Below are positions 1 to 13,609 of a stretch of 64,000 bases of DNA, one piece after another (within the stretch, counting starts at the first letter, position 1; every line of letters begins with the position of its first letter). A program made the position numbers and the translations under genes. Under the pieces are notes generated by a model. That model had not been told where the DNA came from. It saw only the letters and a list, made by a program, of their open reading frames with translations, and made no database searches. Where the stretch lies: assembly GCA_951406725.2 (NCBI GenBank), contig OX597816.1, positions 143,220,001 through 143,284,000 on the forward strand, written 5' to 3'. The stretch comes from Octopus vulgaris. Lineage: Eukaryota.

Positions 1-1915
1 AGATGCTGCTTCATCCCCATACATTCATCCACCTCCTGAAAATATCACACACACACCTCAGTAATAAAGAGATGCACCTGGTGATGCAGCAAAAAATTCA
101 CAGGAAACTATTGAAAACAGATAACAACATTCAATGAATGAAACAATAAAAGTTCATCTTAAATTGTTATGAATTTAACTTTGGAGGGGAAAAAAATGGA
201 AACTGTAATAATGGTTACAAAAGAGAGCCTAAAGCTTCAATTTATTTTAAACATTTTACTAATTAAGAGAAGTTCTTTTTACAAATGAACAAAAATAACT
301 GAAGCCTTGAGCATATGCAAGAAAAACTCATGCTTACAAAAACAGAAATAGCCATTAATCAGTATGTCAATGAGTAAGACAATACTTGGAGAATAATTTC
401 AATGCAAGATATGTTAGAATAAAGTTTTAACATTCAAATATTGATAAAGTTACAATTTTTTTTTTTTTTTTTTTGTAATTTCAATTTATAGTAAGATAAT
501 TTGATATTAGTAGAACTGAGTGCCTTAAAGCTGAAATCCTACTGGAACTGACAAGATAAATCTCAATAATGAAGAAATACAGAAATGTCAACATCAACAA
601 AAATTACATTTGTAGTTACCTCTGAATAAAAGCTAATGTGAGAGAGTTAACTCCTGCTAGCTGTCCATATCAACTCATAACCTTGTAAAGTGTCTTGAAT
701 GGAGAGAATTAGATTGAAGAAAATTACGTCTGGGAAGTTATCAGTTATCTTTATGGTTATGATAATGAAATATTTTATGGTTAAGAAATACTGAATTTCT
801 CATGAGCTTAAGATAGAGTATTGGAAAATAAGATAGCTTTCAGATTAAAAACTATTATCAGTTATGGAAACTTTTCAAAGGAAAAAATATATAGACTTCA
901 CCTAATGTAAAAATTGGTTTATTTTCTTCCATATTATTGCTTTTTGCTTTCTTAATTTTTTTTTCAAACATGCATAAAAATCAAGAAAATTTTTCACTTT
1001 AATATAATTTTTCTATTACTGGCTGAAACAAAATAAAACACCATTTCAGTCTTGTTATGTCAGTAATTGTATGGTCATGGTTGGTAAAATACTTTTGATA
1101 GTGTTACAGTGGGAATAATGTTGATGATGATGGTGACCTTAAACTAGATCTTTTATTTCTTTTATTTTTCTAAAGACATGAATAATATAGTTAAGTAGTG
1201 AGGCATACACAATGCATGAAGCATTAAAAATTTGAAGTAGGTTCAAATATGCAGTCAGACAAAAAAATAGTAGTTGGCATTTTTCTATAAGTATTCAATG
1301 ATCGTATCCTGAGCTGAAATGAATTGCAATTTCTTCTAAGCACTTGATAAATTATGTAGCTGAATCACAATTGAAAATCATCAAACAGTTCCTTTTGAGA
1401 GCAACTAAATCTCCCCCAAATATGTGTGAGATCTTCATTATAGGAGATCATAAGGGATGCAACCATAATCAGCAGATGCTCAGGAAACAGTGGCAATGAA
1501 GGAGTTTCTAATATGCAAAACAAATTGGCAGCTTTCAAGTTTCTTTTCTTGTTTATACTTTGTTAGGGTTTGCTGATCTGCAAAACTATTCATGTATGTT
1601 TATATATACAAATACATACATGTGTGTGTACATATGTGTAGGCAGAACTATCTAGTCTTTCATCTATATTTCTATTCATACTTGTATGTAATATAGTTTC
1701 TAATATATGAGGAATTCCATATTCAAGTATTTCCTCTAAATACAAAGGCTACTTCTCGAGTAAACTTGAAAACTTTTACATTGGAGCCATCAATAAAAAA
1801 AATACAGTTCTATATATACTGAAACAAAAAAAAAGACAAAGAAATAAACTATTTCAGTTGAATTTCACGTGAAATTTAACTGAAATTTTTTAATATTATA
1901 AAGTTAGCACATAAT

Positions 1916-2285
1916 TCATCATCATCATCATTTAATATCTATTGTCCATGCTGGTATGGGTTGGACAGTTTAACCAGGGTTGGCAAGCTGAGGGACTGCA
2001 CCAAACTCCAGTCTGATTTGACACGGTTTCTACGGCTGGATGCCCTTCTTAATGCCAACCTCTCTAAGAGTGTAATGAATGGTTTTACATGCCTTCAGCA
2101 AGGGTTCCAGTTACATGACACCAGTACCTGTCACAACTACAATTTTACTTGGCTAGATGGGTTTTCTTCTCAAGCACAGCACATTGTTAAAGGTCTCAGT
2201 CATTTGTCATTACTTCCATGAGGCCCAATGCTCAAAAGGTACTTTTTACATGCCACTAGCACAGGTGCTAGTAGGTGTCTTTTTG
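1916..2285 (-). mobile_element. SINE remnant with RTE-type 3' tail ending in (GAT)n
   Basis: CATCATCAT...TCCATGCTGGTATGGGTTGGACAG...TGGATGCCCTTC, the same family as 18268-18475 and 21340-21500. Confidence 0.6.
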
Positions 2286-2309
2286 TGACCTCCATCACAA
2301 GGTGGGGGG

Positions 2310-3781
2310 GACAAATAATTATAGTTTTTAACCATTAACCTTAAAGCAATATATCTCAGCTCAGAATAACTTTTATTAATAGAAATAATGAACCTATGCT
2401 TTTTACCAACAAGAAACAAGTCTACTTATAGTATAGAATTCTGGAGTGCTGAAACTGATGAATTATTCAAAGGTCCTTTGAGGTAATGTTTGGATATTGA
2501 AGATCTTTAGCAGGAAGTTTTTAAAAAATGCTTGAAAGAATGGTAGTCAGTCTGAGAGAGGTCTGAGGTGTAAGATGGGTGAGGTAGAGCTTGATGGCCC
2601 ACTTCATTCAATTTTTTCAGAATCTTTGCAAGTTATGTGGTCAAGTATAATAAAGAAGAAGTGATATATATTATGATTGACCCGTGCTAGACATAAGCAT
2701 TACAATTTTTGGTGCATGTTGATTTCTTGGCAATACTTCTCTACTGTGATGGTTTCATCAGGATTCAAGAAATAGAAGTGGATGATTCAATTTGCCAACA
2801 ACAAAACAGTGACCATAACCTTCTTTAGATACAGCTCCAGTTGAGAGAGTGTTTTGGCACTTCACCTTGGCCAATTAATTAGGGTGGAACGTCATTGATT
2901 GTTGTACAGAATCTATGTTTTGACACATGTCAAAATACAATCAAGGAATGAATCATTTTTGATGTGTAAAAAAAGTGCAGATAAAACTTCATAAATGAGA
3001 TTTTTTATTTTCATTCTGCTTGTGTAGCACTCAAAAAAGCTCAACAAATGTCAAGTGTCATCAACTTCCAAATATGGTGTAAATGTCAACCAACTATTGA
3101 ATGTTTAATTCTTCAACACACTCAAATTATTCTATGTGAGTCCGCTTCAATACTAAGCTAATTAAATGTCATTTCACTTCTGTTACTCTATTGAAAGTTT
3201 TTGGGCTGGGACAAGATATGTTGCTCCCTCCATCCCAGCAGTCTCAGAAACTATGTTAGGGTCATGGGTACTATCCTTCTCTCCTAAGTAAACAATAAAA
3301 GAAACCCAAATCTAGGATACAACATCATAAGGTCCAGTCCCTGTTGTGGTGTAGTGGTCTGTGTGCCCTGATGACCCTGAGAGCTACGTCAGTGAAGTCT
3401 TCAAATAGTCATTGTCAACCTTCATAGCTCTTGTCTCTGCTATGATATTTTTCAAACGAATGTTTAGACTATGTTTGTTGACAGTCTTCTGCTCAAATGC
3501 TTGTCTAATATCTCTTGCAAGCAGTTCCCTCTGCTCTGATTTTCATTTTGAACTCATACAATAAAATTGCTCAATTTTTTTCTCTCTTTAATTTGACAGC
3601 CTACATCCTAAAATAAACAAGAATAAACAATAAAAATAAAACCAATAAATCAATAGACCAAAATCTCTACTCCAGAATGATATAATACTTTAGTATAGAT
3701 ATAAAATTTTATTCTAAAATACATCGCTCAAAGTTTAAAATAACAAAAATCTGCAATTATTTTTGCATACACCAACCTAAT
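2310..3781 (-). mobile_element. Highly degraded mariner DNA transposon (Hsmar1/cecropia-like)
   Basis: Reverse complement of 3750-3781 reads ATTAGGTTGGTGTATGCAAAAATAATTGCAGATTTT, a mariner-type TIR. The interior resembles decayed transposase with no intact ORF. Confidence 0.55.
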
Positions 3782-5998
3782 CTATATAGCTGGCCTGAAA
3801 AGCTGAGTATTAGTTTACATCTATCCTACTGAGATTAATAAACTGTAGCAAGAATTCTGTTTCTTTCAGATACAAGATACAACATTTCAGAATAAAAAAC
3901 TTACATTGCTTATGATTTCAATTGAAACACAACTGATAAGGTTTAAATTTTGTTTTATGAACAGTATAAAAAGTTATTTTTTCTTAGATAAAACAAGTAG
4001 AAATCAAATAAATCCCAGTTCTTCTAGTGTCAAAAGGCCTTGAATAAAACTATCAATTTCAACAAACATACACAGATAATTTAACAGTTAAAATTAGAGC
4101 AGCTTTCACTGAAATGAATCATTTGAAAACAATTTCCATTGTTGATAGTTTTTTTTCTTCTTTTTAAATAAATATTTTTTTAACAATCAACAGATATTCA
4201 TGAAGCATTTGAATTAATAAATGACAGAGAATTTTAAAAAACTGAAAAAGATAACTGATATTATAATGAAAAGAAATTTTTCAGCATAATAAAAAAAGGA
4301 GAAAATATGCAGCCACAAAAATTAATCAAAGACAATGTTAATAATGATAACAGCATTTTCCTACAGTTTCTATAAAAACTTGGCTAACAAATAGAAGGAA
4401 AGCAGCAAAAAAGCTTATAAAAATATTAAGGCACTTTAAAAATATGTAGTCATTAAATTCCAAATACATTGAAATAAATGACTGAGATAATAATTATTCT
4501 TTTTCAATGAAATAATAAAGAGTGAAAAAAGTAGAAGTGAAGAGAAATAGAAGTGAAAAGGATTGGAAATGATAACATATTGTTCCGTAAAAATTCTATC
4601 ACTCGTAGAAATCTCACTAAGCCAGGCAATGAATCATAACAAGGAATGAGTGCAAACTAATTACAAAGCAAAAACATGAATCACTTTCCAAATTTTAAAC
4701 AGTAGGCATTGGATAATTGTTGGCAATCCTCATATTTTTCCTTTTTCTTTTCTTTGTATTTCTTCAAAAGGAAATCTATATTCAGAAGCCATACATTTTT
4801 AACAGAATTAAAATAATGGATGAGTAATCCTAGCCCTTTCATACATAGGAATAAATGTAAAATTCTTTATGAATGCTATCCATACGTAACAAAAAATATC
4901 ACACTGATACATTTTCTATGATTTAAAAAAAAGAAAAAATAACATGCTAATGCACAATTTCTAAATCAAGTGCAATTCCATTTTACACACTTTATCTCAA
5001 ATTAATTGTGGATATCTATCTGTTCATTGTGGTGATAATATTTAATGATATAAATTACATTTGTATCATGGAAACTTGCAGGCAGAAACCACATGAAAAC
5101 TTGCCCATTTGGAACATGATTTATAACACCAGCACAATATTATTATTTTCACAATTATTTCTAAAACTACAAAAATAAATAAATTGCCATTATATTACTT
5201 TCATATTGGAATAAAATACATTCTGTGTGCAGATAAGGTAATTTTTGTCATTAATTCTGTTTTTGTCTCTGCCAAAATTTTGAGTCAACTGATTTTTCAA
5301 CCTTGTCTAAAGAGAAACTTCATTACAAAGAAAAAACTAAGCAAAAATAGACAAACTGAACTGTAAAAAGTACATTACAGATAAGCAAAGAAATAGTAAA
5401 ATTCATGCTGACAGGAAATAGTGCTTATTACAATTTATGAACAGAAGACACAAACACATATTCAGTCCTTGTTTACTATCACCAAAAAGAAATAAAATAG
5501 AAAAAAATCCTTGTAATAAATTAAAGTTCTCAGAATGCCCTCTTCACAATAATGGGTCATAAAGAATTATCAGCCATGGTAATCTATAGCAGATTTTTTT
5601 TTTAAATAGTTAATATGATAGCTTCCATATGGTAAATTTCATTTATGGTATTTAAAAAGTAAAAAGGTTGAAATTCAATGAAAATAACTAAAATTAGTTA
5701 ATATGTAAATCAAAACAAAATATGGGGTGTCACAACACAACCATTTTTGCCATGACTTGTATCAGAAGTTTTCTGTAAATTATGCAAAAACTGTTTTTAA
5801 CTTTTCAGTTTAATCTTTTTTAAGCTTAGACAAAAATCTTATATTTCCAATCTCATATATAACTGTTTTATCAATGAACATTAAATTATTCCCTTCAATA
5901 AAAGACATAATATGCAAAGAAGCATAATCGAGCAACTTATCCTAACAAGAAATGCACAAAGGCCAATGAAACCCAGATATATAACTAAGAGTATATCT

Positions 5999-6501
5999 AT
6001 AAATAGAAAAATTATACTTTCTAAATCTCTCAACGAGAGATATTCAGTAACAGTACTCTAAAATAAAGATTATTTGCCAACATAATGTGGCAGTCCCGGT
6101 TGGGACGAATGTTACTGCCCCAGAAACATCATCTCCAGCTAGCTATACAACACACTGTGTCCTTATATTTTCAAACAGGGGAGTTCAGCATCCCCACTCA
6201 GCACTAAGTAATATCTGCAGACTGCAATTTCTAGGTTATTTCCCTTCCTCAACACAGAATAATTGCTTGGCTAGAGACGGTGCTGCTAAATACCTGTTTG
6301 AAAATATATATAATTTTCAAAGTGTCACACAGTCACTGATCTAATAAATAGAAAAATTATTATTTCTAAATTTCTCAAAGAGAGACATTCAGCAACAGTA
6401 CTCTAAAGTATAGATTATTTGCCAACATAATGTGGCAGTCCCAGTTGGGACGAATGTTACTGTTATTTAGCCCCAGGAAGCATCATCTCCAGCTGGCTAT
6501 A
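5999..6501. repeat. ~150-bp direct repeat (5999-6147 / 6344-6501) flanking a core with a 16-bp inverted repeat
   Basis: Both copies contain GATTATTTGCCAACATAATGTGGCAGTCCC(G/A)GTTGGGACGAATGTTACTG. TATATTTTCAAACAGG (6164-6179) is the reverse complement of CCTGTTTGAAAATATA (6293-6308). Confidence 0.85.
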
Positions 6502-8009
6502 TCTATGGTAGCTGAATAATCACATAATATGAAAGTATGCTATTTCTGAAAAACAAAAACCTTCAATAAGTGGCAAATTCATTAAAAAAAGAACAAAAGG
6601 CTTTGTGGTATTTTTCCAACTCTCTAAGCTCCGAGTTCAAATAGTATAGGGGTCAACTTCATTTTACATCCTTTCAGAGTTGATGAAATTCTGTCAGTTC
6701 ACCACTTTGAAGTGTTACATCACTGGATGGGATGCCTTATAGCATTTGTTCTGGCTGTTTGTGTCATATGGGTCCTTAGCAGATATTTATGAACTCTACA
6801 CATCATCATACCCCCTCAGTACTAGCCCTTTCACTCAGCATGTGACCTTCAATCATATTGTTAAACATTGTTTGGATGCAGGCAATTTTCCATAACAACT
6901 AGAACCAGTGGGATTAGACTACAGGGAAAATAAAAAATTAGGCAGTATCATAATCTTCCTGTTCTGAACCAGCAAATTTCTAATATAGGATGCAGTCTAC
7001 AGCAACACTTTCTCCAGCATCAACCTGGTGGAATCAGCATCAGACCCAAACTTCATTGCCCAATAGGCAGAGGATTGCAAGTTACTTTCTGGTAAAAATT
7101 TTTTTCAAACCTGTAGTAATTCAAACATCCAGAATTCTGAACTCCTCCCAGCTACCTTTCTACTCAATCTGATTGGGGTAGAGATTGTGATCACAGGAAT
7201 GATCTGCAAGAAGTGGAATGACTTTCGGTGCATCTCTCTCACCATTCTTCAGAGTAATACATTCACTATTTTATATTCCGGGACTACAAATTATTTGTTT
7301 GACTCATTGTAATATATTTCTCAACAAATTCATAGCATACAGTAAAGGAACAAAGATCAAAAAAGACAAAAGTCCAGCTGAAACAAAATCACAACCAAAG
7401 AACTTCCAACTAATTTCACTCTTCTGAGCAATCTTTCTCAACAGAATCTCATCCATTATTGAACATCTTTACAAAGAACTGGTTCTCATTTTGAAAAGTC
7501 AACAAACCAACTTAACCACACAGCCATACCTGTATCTGTTTTATATTATTAGCATTTAAAGCATCCCTTAAATGTCTTTCTACATCAATTAAATCAAGTA
7601 CATATTATTTTTATGGACAAAAGTTTGCTCCAACTGTACAGACAAAGCCATTCACAAAGATCTTAGGAGATATGAATACAAGATTCAGTTATAGTCCTGT
7701 TAAGTGACATTTACAACTTATTCAAGTTCAAACAAGATCAGATTTGCTTCATATCTATGAAAAGCTAGAGCTATATGTCAGAAGCTGTAATCTCTATAAG
7801 ATCAGACTAGAAAATCTGCAGAAAATACTAAAGCAACTAAAAAACATGGTATTGCACAAAAAAAAAGATGCAATGTTTTTATTTTCTATAGCAAGGGATA
7901 CTATTCATTGCCTGTAATAATAAATCCAAGTATATATTGTATTTAAAAATATATTTTATATTTATTTCTAACAAAGACACATGATTTTACATTTGAAGGA
8001 AAGGTTATA

Positions 8010-8210
8010 TCTTTTTTATCTTTTTCTCGTTTCAGTCATTAGACTGCAGCCATGCTGGGGCATCACCTTATGTATAGTTGGTTATATCAACCCAGTATTT
8101 GACTGGTACTTAATTCTATGAAGCCTGGAAAAATGAAAGGCAAAAATAGTCCTCAGAACATAAAAGGTGTTTTATTTGATGCATTAATAATTCTACCAAG
8201 CCACTGCATT
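8010..8210 (-). mobile_element. SINE 3' fragment (CCAGCATGGC tail family)
   Basis: TTTCAGTCATTAGACTGCAGCCATGCTGGGGCATCACC is the reverse complement of the SINE tail seen at 57040-57085. Confidence 0.6.
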
Positions 8211-8413
8211 ATTGGTTTTCGTCATCATTATCATTTTAACATCCACTTTTCCATACTTGCATGGGCCAGAATTTATTGAAATAGATTTTCTATGTCTGGA
8301 TGCCCTTCCAGTTGTCAACCCACTTTTGTTGCTATGGCCTAACACTGCTGACATTCATTTCAACTATCATACAATGTCAGGACAGAGAGGCACAAACACC
8401 TACACATATAATA

Positions 8414-9467
8414 TTGGGTTGGCAAGAAAGTAATTTTGTTTTTCACAAATAGATAGAGTTACGATATTTTTGAATGATTTTTGTCAATGTTATGATGTTT
8501 TTCCTTTTGACATTTGATTTTTTAGATTACTTTAGAAACAAATTGTGTATAATTTTGTTTACAGCTGTTAGTTCAATATCAATTTTAACATGGAGTGCAA
8601 AAACAAATATTTTCACCATATTTTGCTTCTCTATTTCTGTAAAAGCAATAAAGCTGTTGAGGCACACAAAGAAATATGTGAAGTTTATGGTGTTGGTTGC
8701 TTAACAGAATGCCTGTGTCAAAAATATGATTCAAAAAATTCTGTTCTGGAGAAAGATAACCAACATTCTGGTCGAACTACTGAAGTTAGTGATGACTGAA
8801 TCAAAGCCATAATTAAATCTGATTGATATATAACTGTGCGAGAAATTGCAGAGAGGTTAAATGTATCACACACAAAAATTGAAAATCACTTGAAATGTCT
8901 TGGACTCATTAGGAAGCTCAACATTTGGGTTTCACATAAATTGAAAGAGATTCACTTAACACAACAAATCAATATTTGTGATATGCATCTCAAACACAAT
9001 GAAATCAACATTTTTTTTAAACAAATCATCACTGGTGATGAAAAATGAATTGTCTACAATAACATCAATCAAAAACGATCATGGTCCAAGCATAATGAAC
9101 CAGCACAAAATACATCAAAAGCTGAATTGCATAAAAAAAAGGTCATGCTGTCAATTTGGTAAGATTACAAAAGTGTTATGTATGTATTTTGAGCTGCTTC
9201 CAAGGAACCAAATGATTAATTCAGATGTTTACTGTCAACAACTAATAAAACTGGAACCAATCAGAGAAAACGGCTAGAATTGGCAAATCATAAAGGAATT
9301 GTGTTCCACCATGACAACACCAGACCACACATGTCTTTGGTAACTCATGAAAAATTATTAGAGCTTGGTTGGGAATTGATGCCACATCCACCATATAGCC
9401 CTGACCTTGCACTATCAGATCACCATGTATTTCAAAGTTTGCAAAATTCTTTGAATGGCAAAACTTT
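8414..9467 (+). mobile_element. Mariner transposon (mellifera-like), frameshifted transposase pseudogene, 3' end lost
   Basis: TA followed by TIR TTGGGTTGGCAAGAAAGTAATT. ORF fragments MECKNKYFHHILLLYF, WVSH (WVPH), ITGDEK, HHDNTRPH and HPPYSPDLALSD are diagnostic mariner motifs. Confidence 0.92.
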
Positions 9468-10369
9468 ACAGAGTGTATTGGGTGCTTTTTCAGGCTTGAA
9501 GCACTAGCAAGACTGCCAAGTAACTTGCAAAACAAGAAAGGAAAGAAACAAGAAAAAGGAGGTAAAAAAAGGCAAATAGAAGCAAAAAATCTCTTAGACT
9601 GTATGGATGGGAGAGTATTTGAGAGGGAGAGGTGTGATTGTTCTATACCAGGTGTTGTGAGACTAGATAGAGTGTGATAGAAGAACAGACCTAGGTGACT
9701 TGTAATAGAGATATGAGGCTAAGTAGTTGAAAAGTTGGAAAGAAGTGGTGGTGGGATGTTGGAGCATTTCAAGATACAGTAGATCTTAGTAAGTGGAATG
9801 GACAGAGAGAGAAAGAGTGGAGTACAGGTGCATGTAGCAAATGATGGTGAGAGGTGTAGAAGTGGCTCAAGTGGCTAAACAGGTAAGAGAACTGTTAAGA
9901 TTGAAGAGCCGTGGCTGAAGGCAGAAAAGGAAGTGATTGGTGGGAATAGTGTGGACAGAAATGATAAAGAGAAATGGAAGTGATTCAGGGTAACGGAGGG
10001 GTGTAATGTGCCTATTCTGCTCTCAATTGATTACAGCCACCAAATAGCACCATAAATAGAGAAGTGATGAATGTTAGGGGATGAATAAGCAACAAGAATA
10101 GGTAAGATCAACAGCCATCTATTTTTATTGGTACAAGAATGTAAAATGCTTATAAAAAGAGCTTTTACTGAAGTGATATAAAGTTTACTTAAAGCATAAT
10201 CAAACATTAGTTTGTACAGAAACAAGTTGTCTTACTGCATGCAGCTCTTGTGATTTTTTTTATTAAGCAAAAAGGAAGAAAATTAAAAAGTTCAAAGTTT
10301 CAAAGATAAGTAAATGTAACTAATTAATATAGCTTCACAAAATGAATATAATTTCTGAAAATTACTTAC

Positions 10370-10500
10370 GTGATCTATAAATCTGCATGGCTTTCTTCCC
10401 TCCACAGTAAAATCGAAAATCTGTAGGACACTCTTTTGAACACTTTTTTTCTTCAACTTGTTTGATATGAGAGTTGTTAGGCGTGCAATAACATTGGTTA
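10370..10500 (-). CDS. WSC-domain protein, coding exon 5 (C-terminal half of WSC domain)
   Basis: Acceptor ...TTTAATTATAG, donor C|GTAAGT, phase 2 to 1. Encodes (G)NQCYCTPNNSHIKQVEEKKCSKECPTDFRFYCGGKKAMQIYRS, matching the WSC pattern CxC...C-x3-C...CGG...IY. Confidence 0.92.
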
Positions 10501-11442
10501 CTATAATTAAAGATATTTTATTGCAAATTAAACAGACAAGGAGTTAAAATGGTAATTGATCTGTGTCATAGCAAGAACTCCCAGCACCCAAGGGATTAGG
10601 ACAAAGACACTTTTGATTCTCCCACTTTCATTAATAGTCATGATATCAAATCAAATGTTGTACTCCTTTACACTTATTGTAAAATCTCTATTTCAAAAAC
10701 ATATATGGGAAAAAATACAAAAACAATGATTATAATGATGCATGATGTTAGAGTAATTGTGTTTTATAGCTGGATGCCCTTCCTGTTACAAACCACTCAA
10801 GAATGAACAAAAGAATGAAGAGGAATAAGCAATCAAGAAATAAGGAAAAACAGTATATATTTTATATACTGTGATCTGATTAATGGGTTCCTTTTTATTT
10901 TTGTTTTCTTTATTTTTTCATTTGGTTACCTATATCTATATAATAAATCTACTCAACCTGAGTTGGCTTGTGGTATCCACCAACTGTCACCTTAGTAATA
11001 AAATTTTGATATTCAAGTAAAATGATTTAATCTAAAAATATATTTATTAAACATTAATCCTACACTAGTTCAAAACATTACTTTACTCAAATCATCAGCA
11101 AGGTCTTCATGATTATATACCTTCATATTAACAGTGAGGCCAGCTCTCTGAATACACTAATTGAGAATACCTCCAAATTTATCTCCAGTAAGTACAGAAC
11201 AATGTTTAGTATAAGCAGATGAGAGATACATTTTCACTGCATATGAGGCCAGTTTATTGCAAGTAATATTCTCAAGTAACCCAGTACTTATTCCTGACAA
11301 CTAGATGAACTGATTCATGCAAAATTAAGTGTACTGCTTAAATGTGCAATAAAATAACTGCATAAGAGCTGAATCTATACTTCTACTTATGTTACATGAA
11401 GAAAGGGTTAAAATAAATCTGCTAGAACTGGTCTGAAATTCG

Positions 11443-12303
11443 GGATCTTCTCCTTTTGAACGGCAGATCAAGAAATTAATTTTTTGTAACTAAACACTTT
11501 CAATGTGTCATATGAAACATCTTTTACTCTTAGTGTTTTTGAGAAAAGTTTATATTTACAAGGTTATTTCATGTTGAAGTTGTCATATTTTGGTAATTTC
11601 AACCAATGACGTGTATTCAGCTGAATAAAATTACTGCTGTTGTTTGTCAACAACAACTATCGGCGGCATATATTTTGTTTGTCACTATTATTTATGACAT
11701 CGTTCATGCGCTTGTACTGGTTTTAGGGTTAGGTTTTAGGGTTAGGGTTAGGGTTAGGGTCAGGGTCAGGGTTTTAGGGTTAGGGTTTTAGGGTTAGGGT
11801 GTTAGGGTTAGGGTTGGAGTTTTAGGGTTAGAGTTATGGAAAAAATTTTAAATGAAGAAATTGGAAGAGTAGGGGTAGGGGGAAGTCTTTCCGAAAATAG
11901 TAGCTGAAAACAGGAAAAAATAAAATAATTAAAAGCAGTAGAAATGCATGAACAATTATGGTGGTGCCATGAAGTAAAACAAGCTTTAGATACACTTGTT
12001 TATTCATACAAACGTAACTGAGATGAAATATGTCATAAATAACAGTGACAAATGAAATATACACCATTGGAAGTTGTTGTTGACAAACAACAGCAGTAAT
12101 TTTATTCAGCTGAATACACATCATTGATTGGTTGAAATTACCGAAATACGACAACTTTAACATGAAATAACTTTGTAAATATAAACTTTTCTCATAAACG
12201 CTATGAGTAAAAGATATTTTATATGACACATTCTATCAGTATACGAAATTTGAAAGTTACAAAATATTATTTTCTAAATCTGCCGGTCAAAAGGTAAAGA
12301 TCC
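11443..12303. mobile_element. Non-autonomous TIR element (GGATC termini, ~260-bp TIRs, 8-bp TSD; Merlin-like) with telomeric core
   Basis: GAAATTCG|GGATC...GATCC|GAAATTCG. Arms 11443-11700 and ~12030-12303 are reverse complements. Confidence 0.9.
11719..11836 (+). repeat. Degenerate interstitial (TTAGGG)n tract inside the TIR element
   Basis: Runs of TTAGGG with TCAGGG and TTTTAGGG variants. Confidence 0.95.
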
Positions 12304-12827
12304 GAAATTCGTTTGCACTGATCTGTTTCTGACATCTTCAATTACATTACAATTTCCATGCATAAGTTTTTATTCAGTTCCGGTTTTAAAACATAATCAA
12401 CATTACTTTCCACATTTCTCTAGTCAACAGAATTTAATACTAAAAAAATTTAAAAGTAACTAGTTGAATGGATGAGTGATAAAACTAAATTACTAGAACT
12501 AATAGCTATACAACCTATACCAACATGAAGACAAAATCACTGTTTCTCTTATAACAATGAAAGATTCTCAATACATCCTATTTATTAAGCCAAATAATCT
12601 AAGCAAATGATGAATTAGAACTGGTTTAACTGAAACTAATTAGCACTGCATATTTTGGTAATACTTTCAGGCTACCAGATTGAAGTAGTATTTAGCTTGG
12701 GTTTGGAGTGAAACATTTTTTTCTTTTTAAAATTCATTTAGAAAGCTCTAAAATCTTGGTTAGATTACAGTCAAAACAATCAACCTTTTCATTAAACAGA
12801 TTATGTATAAAAATATTATCTTCATAG

Positions 12828-13225
12828 AGGCACTGGTGTAGCTATGTGGTAAGAAGCTTGCTTCCCAATCACATGGTTCTGGGTCCAGTACCACTGCGTT
12901 CACCTTGGGCAGGTGTCTTCTACTATAGGCTTGGGCTGACCAAAGGATTGTGAGTGGATTTGTTAGACAGAAACTGAAAGAAGCCTGTCATATATATGTA
13001 TATATAAATATCTATGTGTGTGTGTCTTCATGTCTGTGCTTCACAACCAGTGCTGGTGTGTTTGCATTCCCTGTAACTTGGCAGTTTGGCAAAGGAGACT
13101 GATAGAATAAGTACCAGACTATAAAAAATAAGCACTGGGGTCAATACATTCAACTAAAAATTCTTCAAGGCAGTGCCCCTGTGTGGCCACAGTCTAATGG
13201 CTGAAACAAGTAAAAGACAAAAAAG
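12828..13225 (+). mobile_element. Near full-length tRNA-derived SINE with internal (TA)/(TG) microsatellite, CpG-decayed
   Basis: tRNA-like head (TAGCTATGTGG...GGGTCCAGTACC), CCTTGGGCAGGTGTC core, tail GTGGCCACAGTCTAATGGCTGAAAC; same family as 56705-57090. Confidence 0.8.
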
Positions 13226-13609
13226 ATAACTTTCCAGTATCTTTGCTACTAAAGAAGATATGATTGATTAAAGAGAAATTTAAACCAGATAACAAAATTA
13301 GGATGAATATACTGTAATGATTCAGTTCTGTATTCAGTGGAGATGTTCATGCATGACTAAAGAATACTTTCAATACAATGTTGTCTCTATTTATTTGTTC
13401 ACCAGAACCAGAAGGTTGTATCATCCCTGCCAGATAAAGGAGAGCAAGATGAGAAAGAATCAGAGCAAGAGGGTGATAAAAGAAAGAATATAAGAAAATA
13501 ATGAAAATGGTAGGTGCAAAAGGATGAAAGAGGACTAGCATGGGAAAAGGTATTAATTAAAATGGAAAGTGTGTAATATCAATGATGTTAAGTTGAATAT
13601 CATACTTAC

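Noticed and set aside
300-10300. Downstream exons of the WSC gene (candidates near 340-390, 620-695, 1370-1510, 3905-3932)
   Set aside because: Each has a stop in the required phase, a mismatched phase or no good donor. None was accepted.
11606-11791. ORF with an RVRVRV run and a possible true telomere or fusion site
   Set aside because: It is the translation of a short degenerate TTAGGG tract bounded by TIRs and a TSD, so it is transposon cargo.
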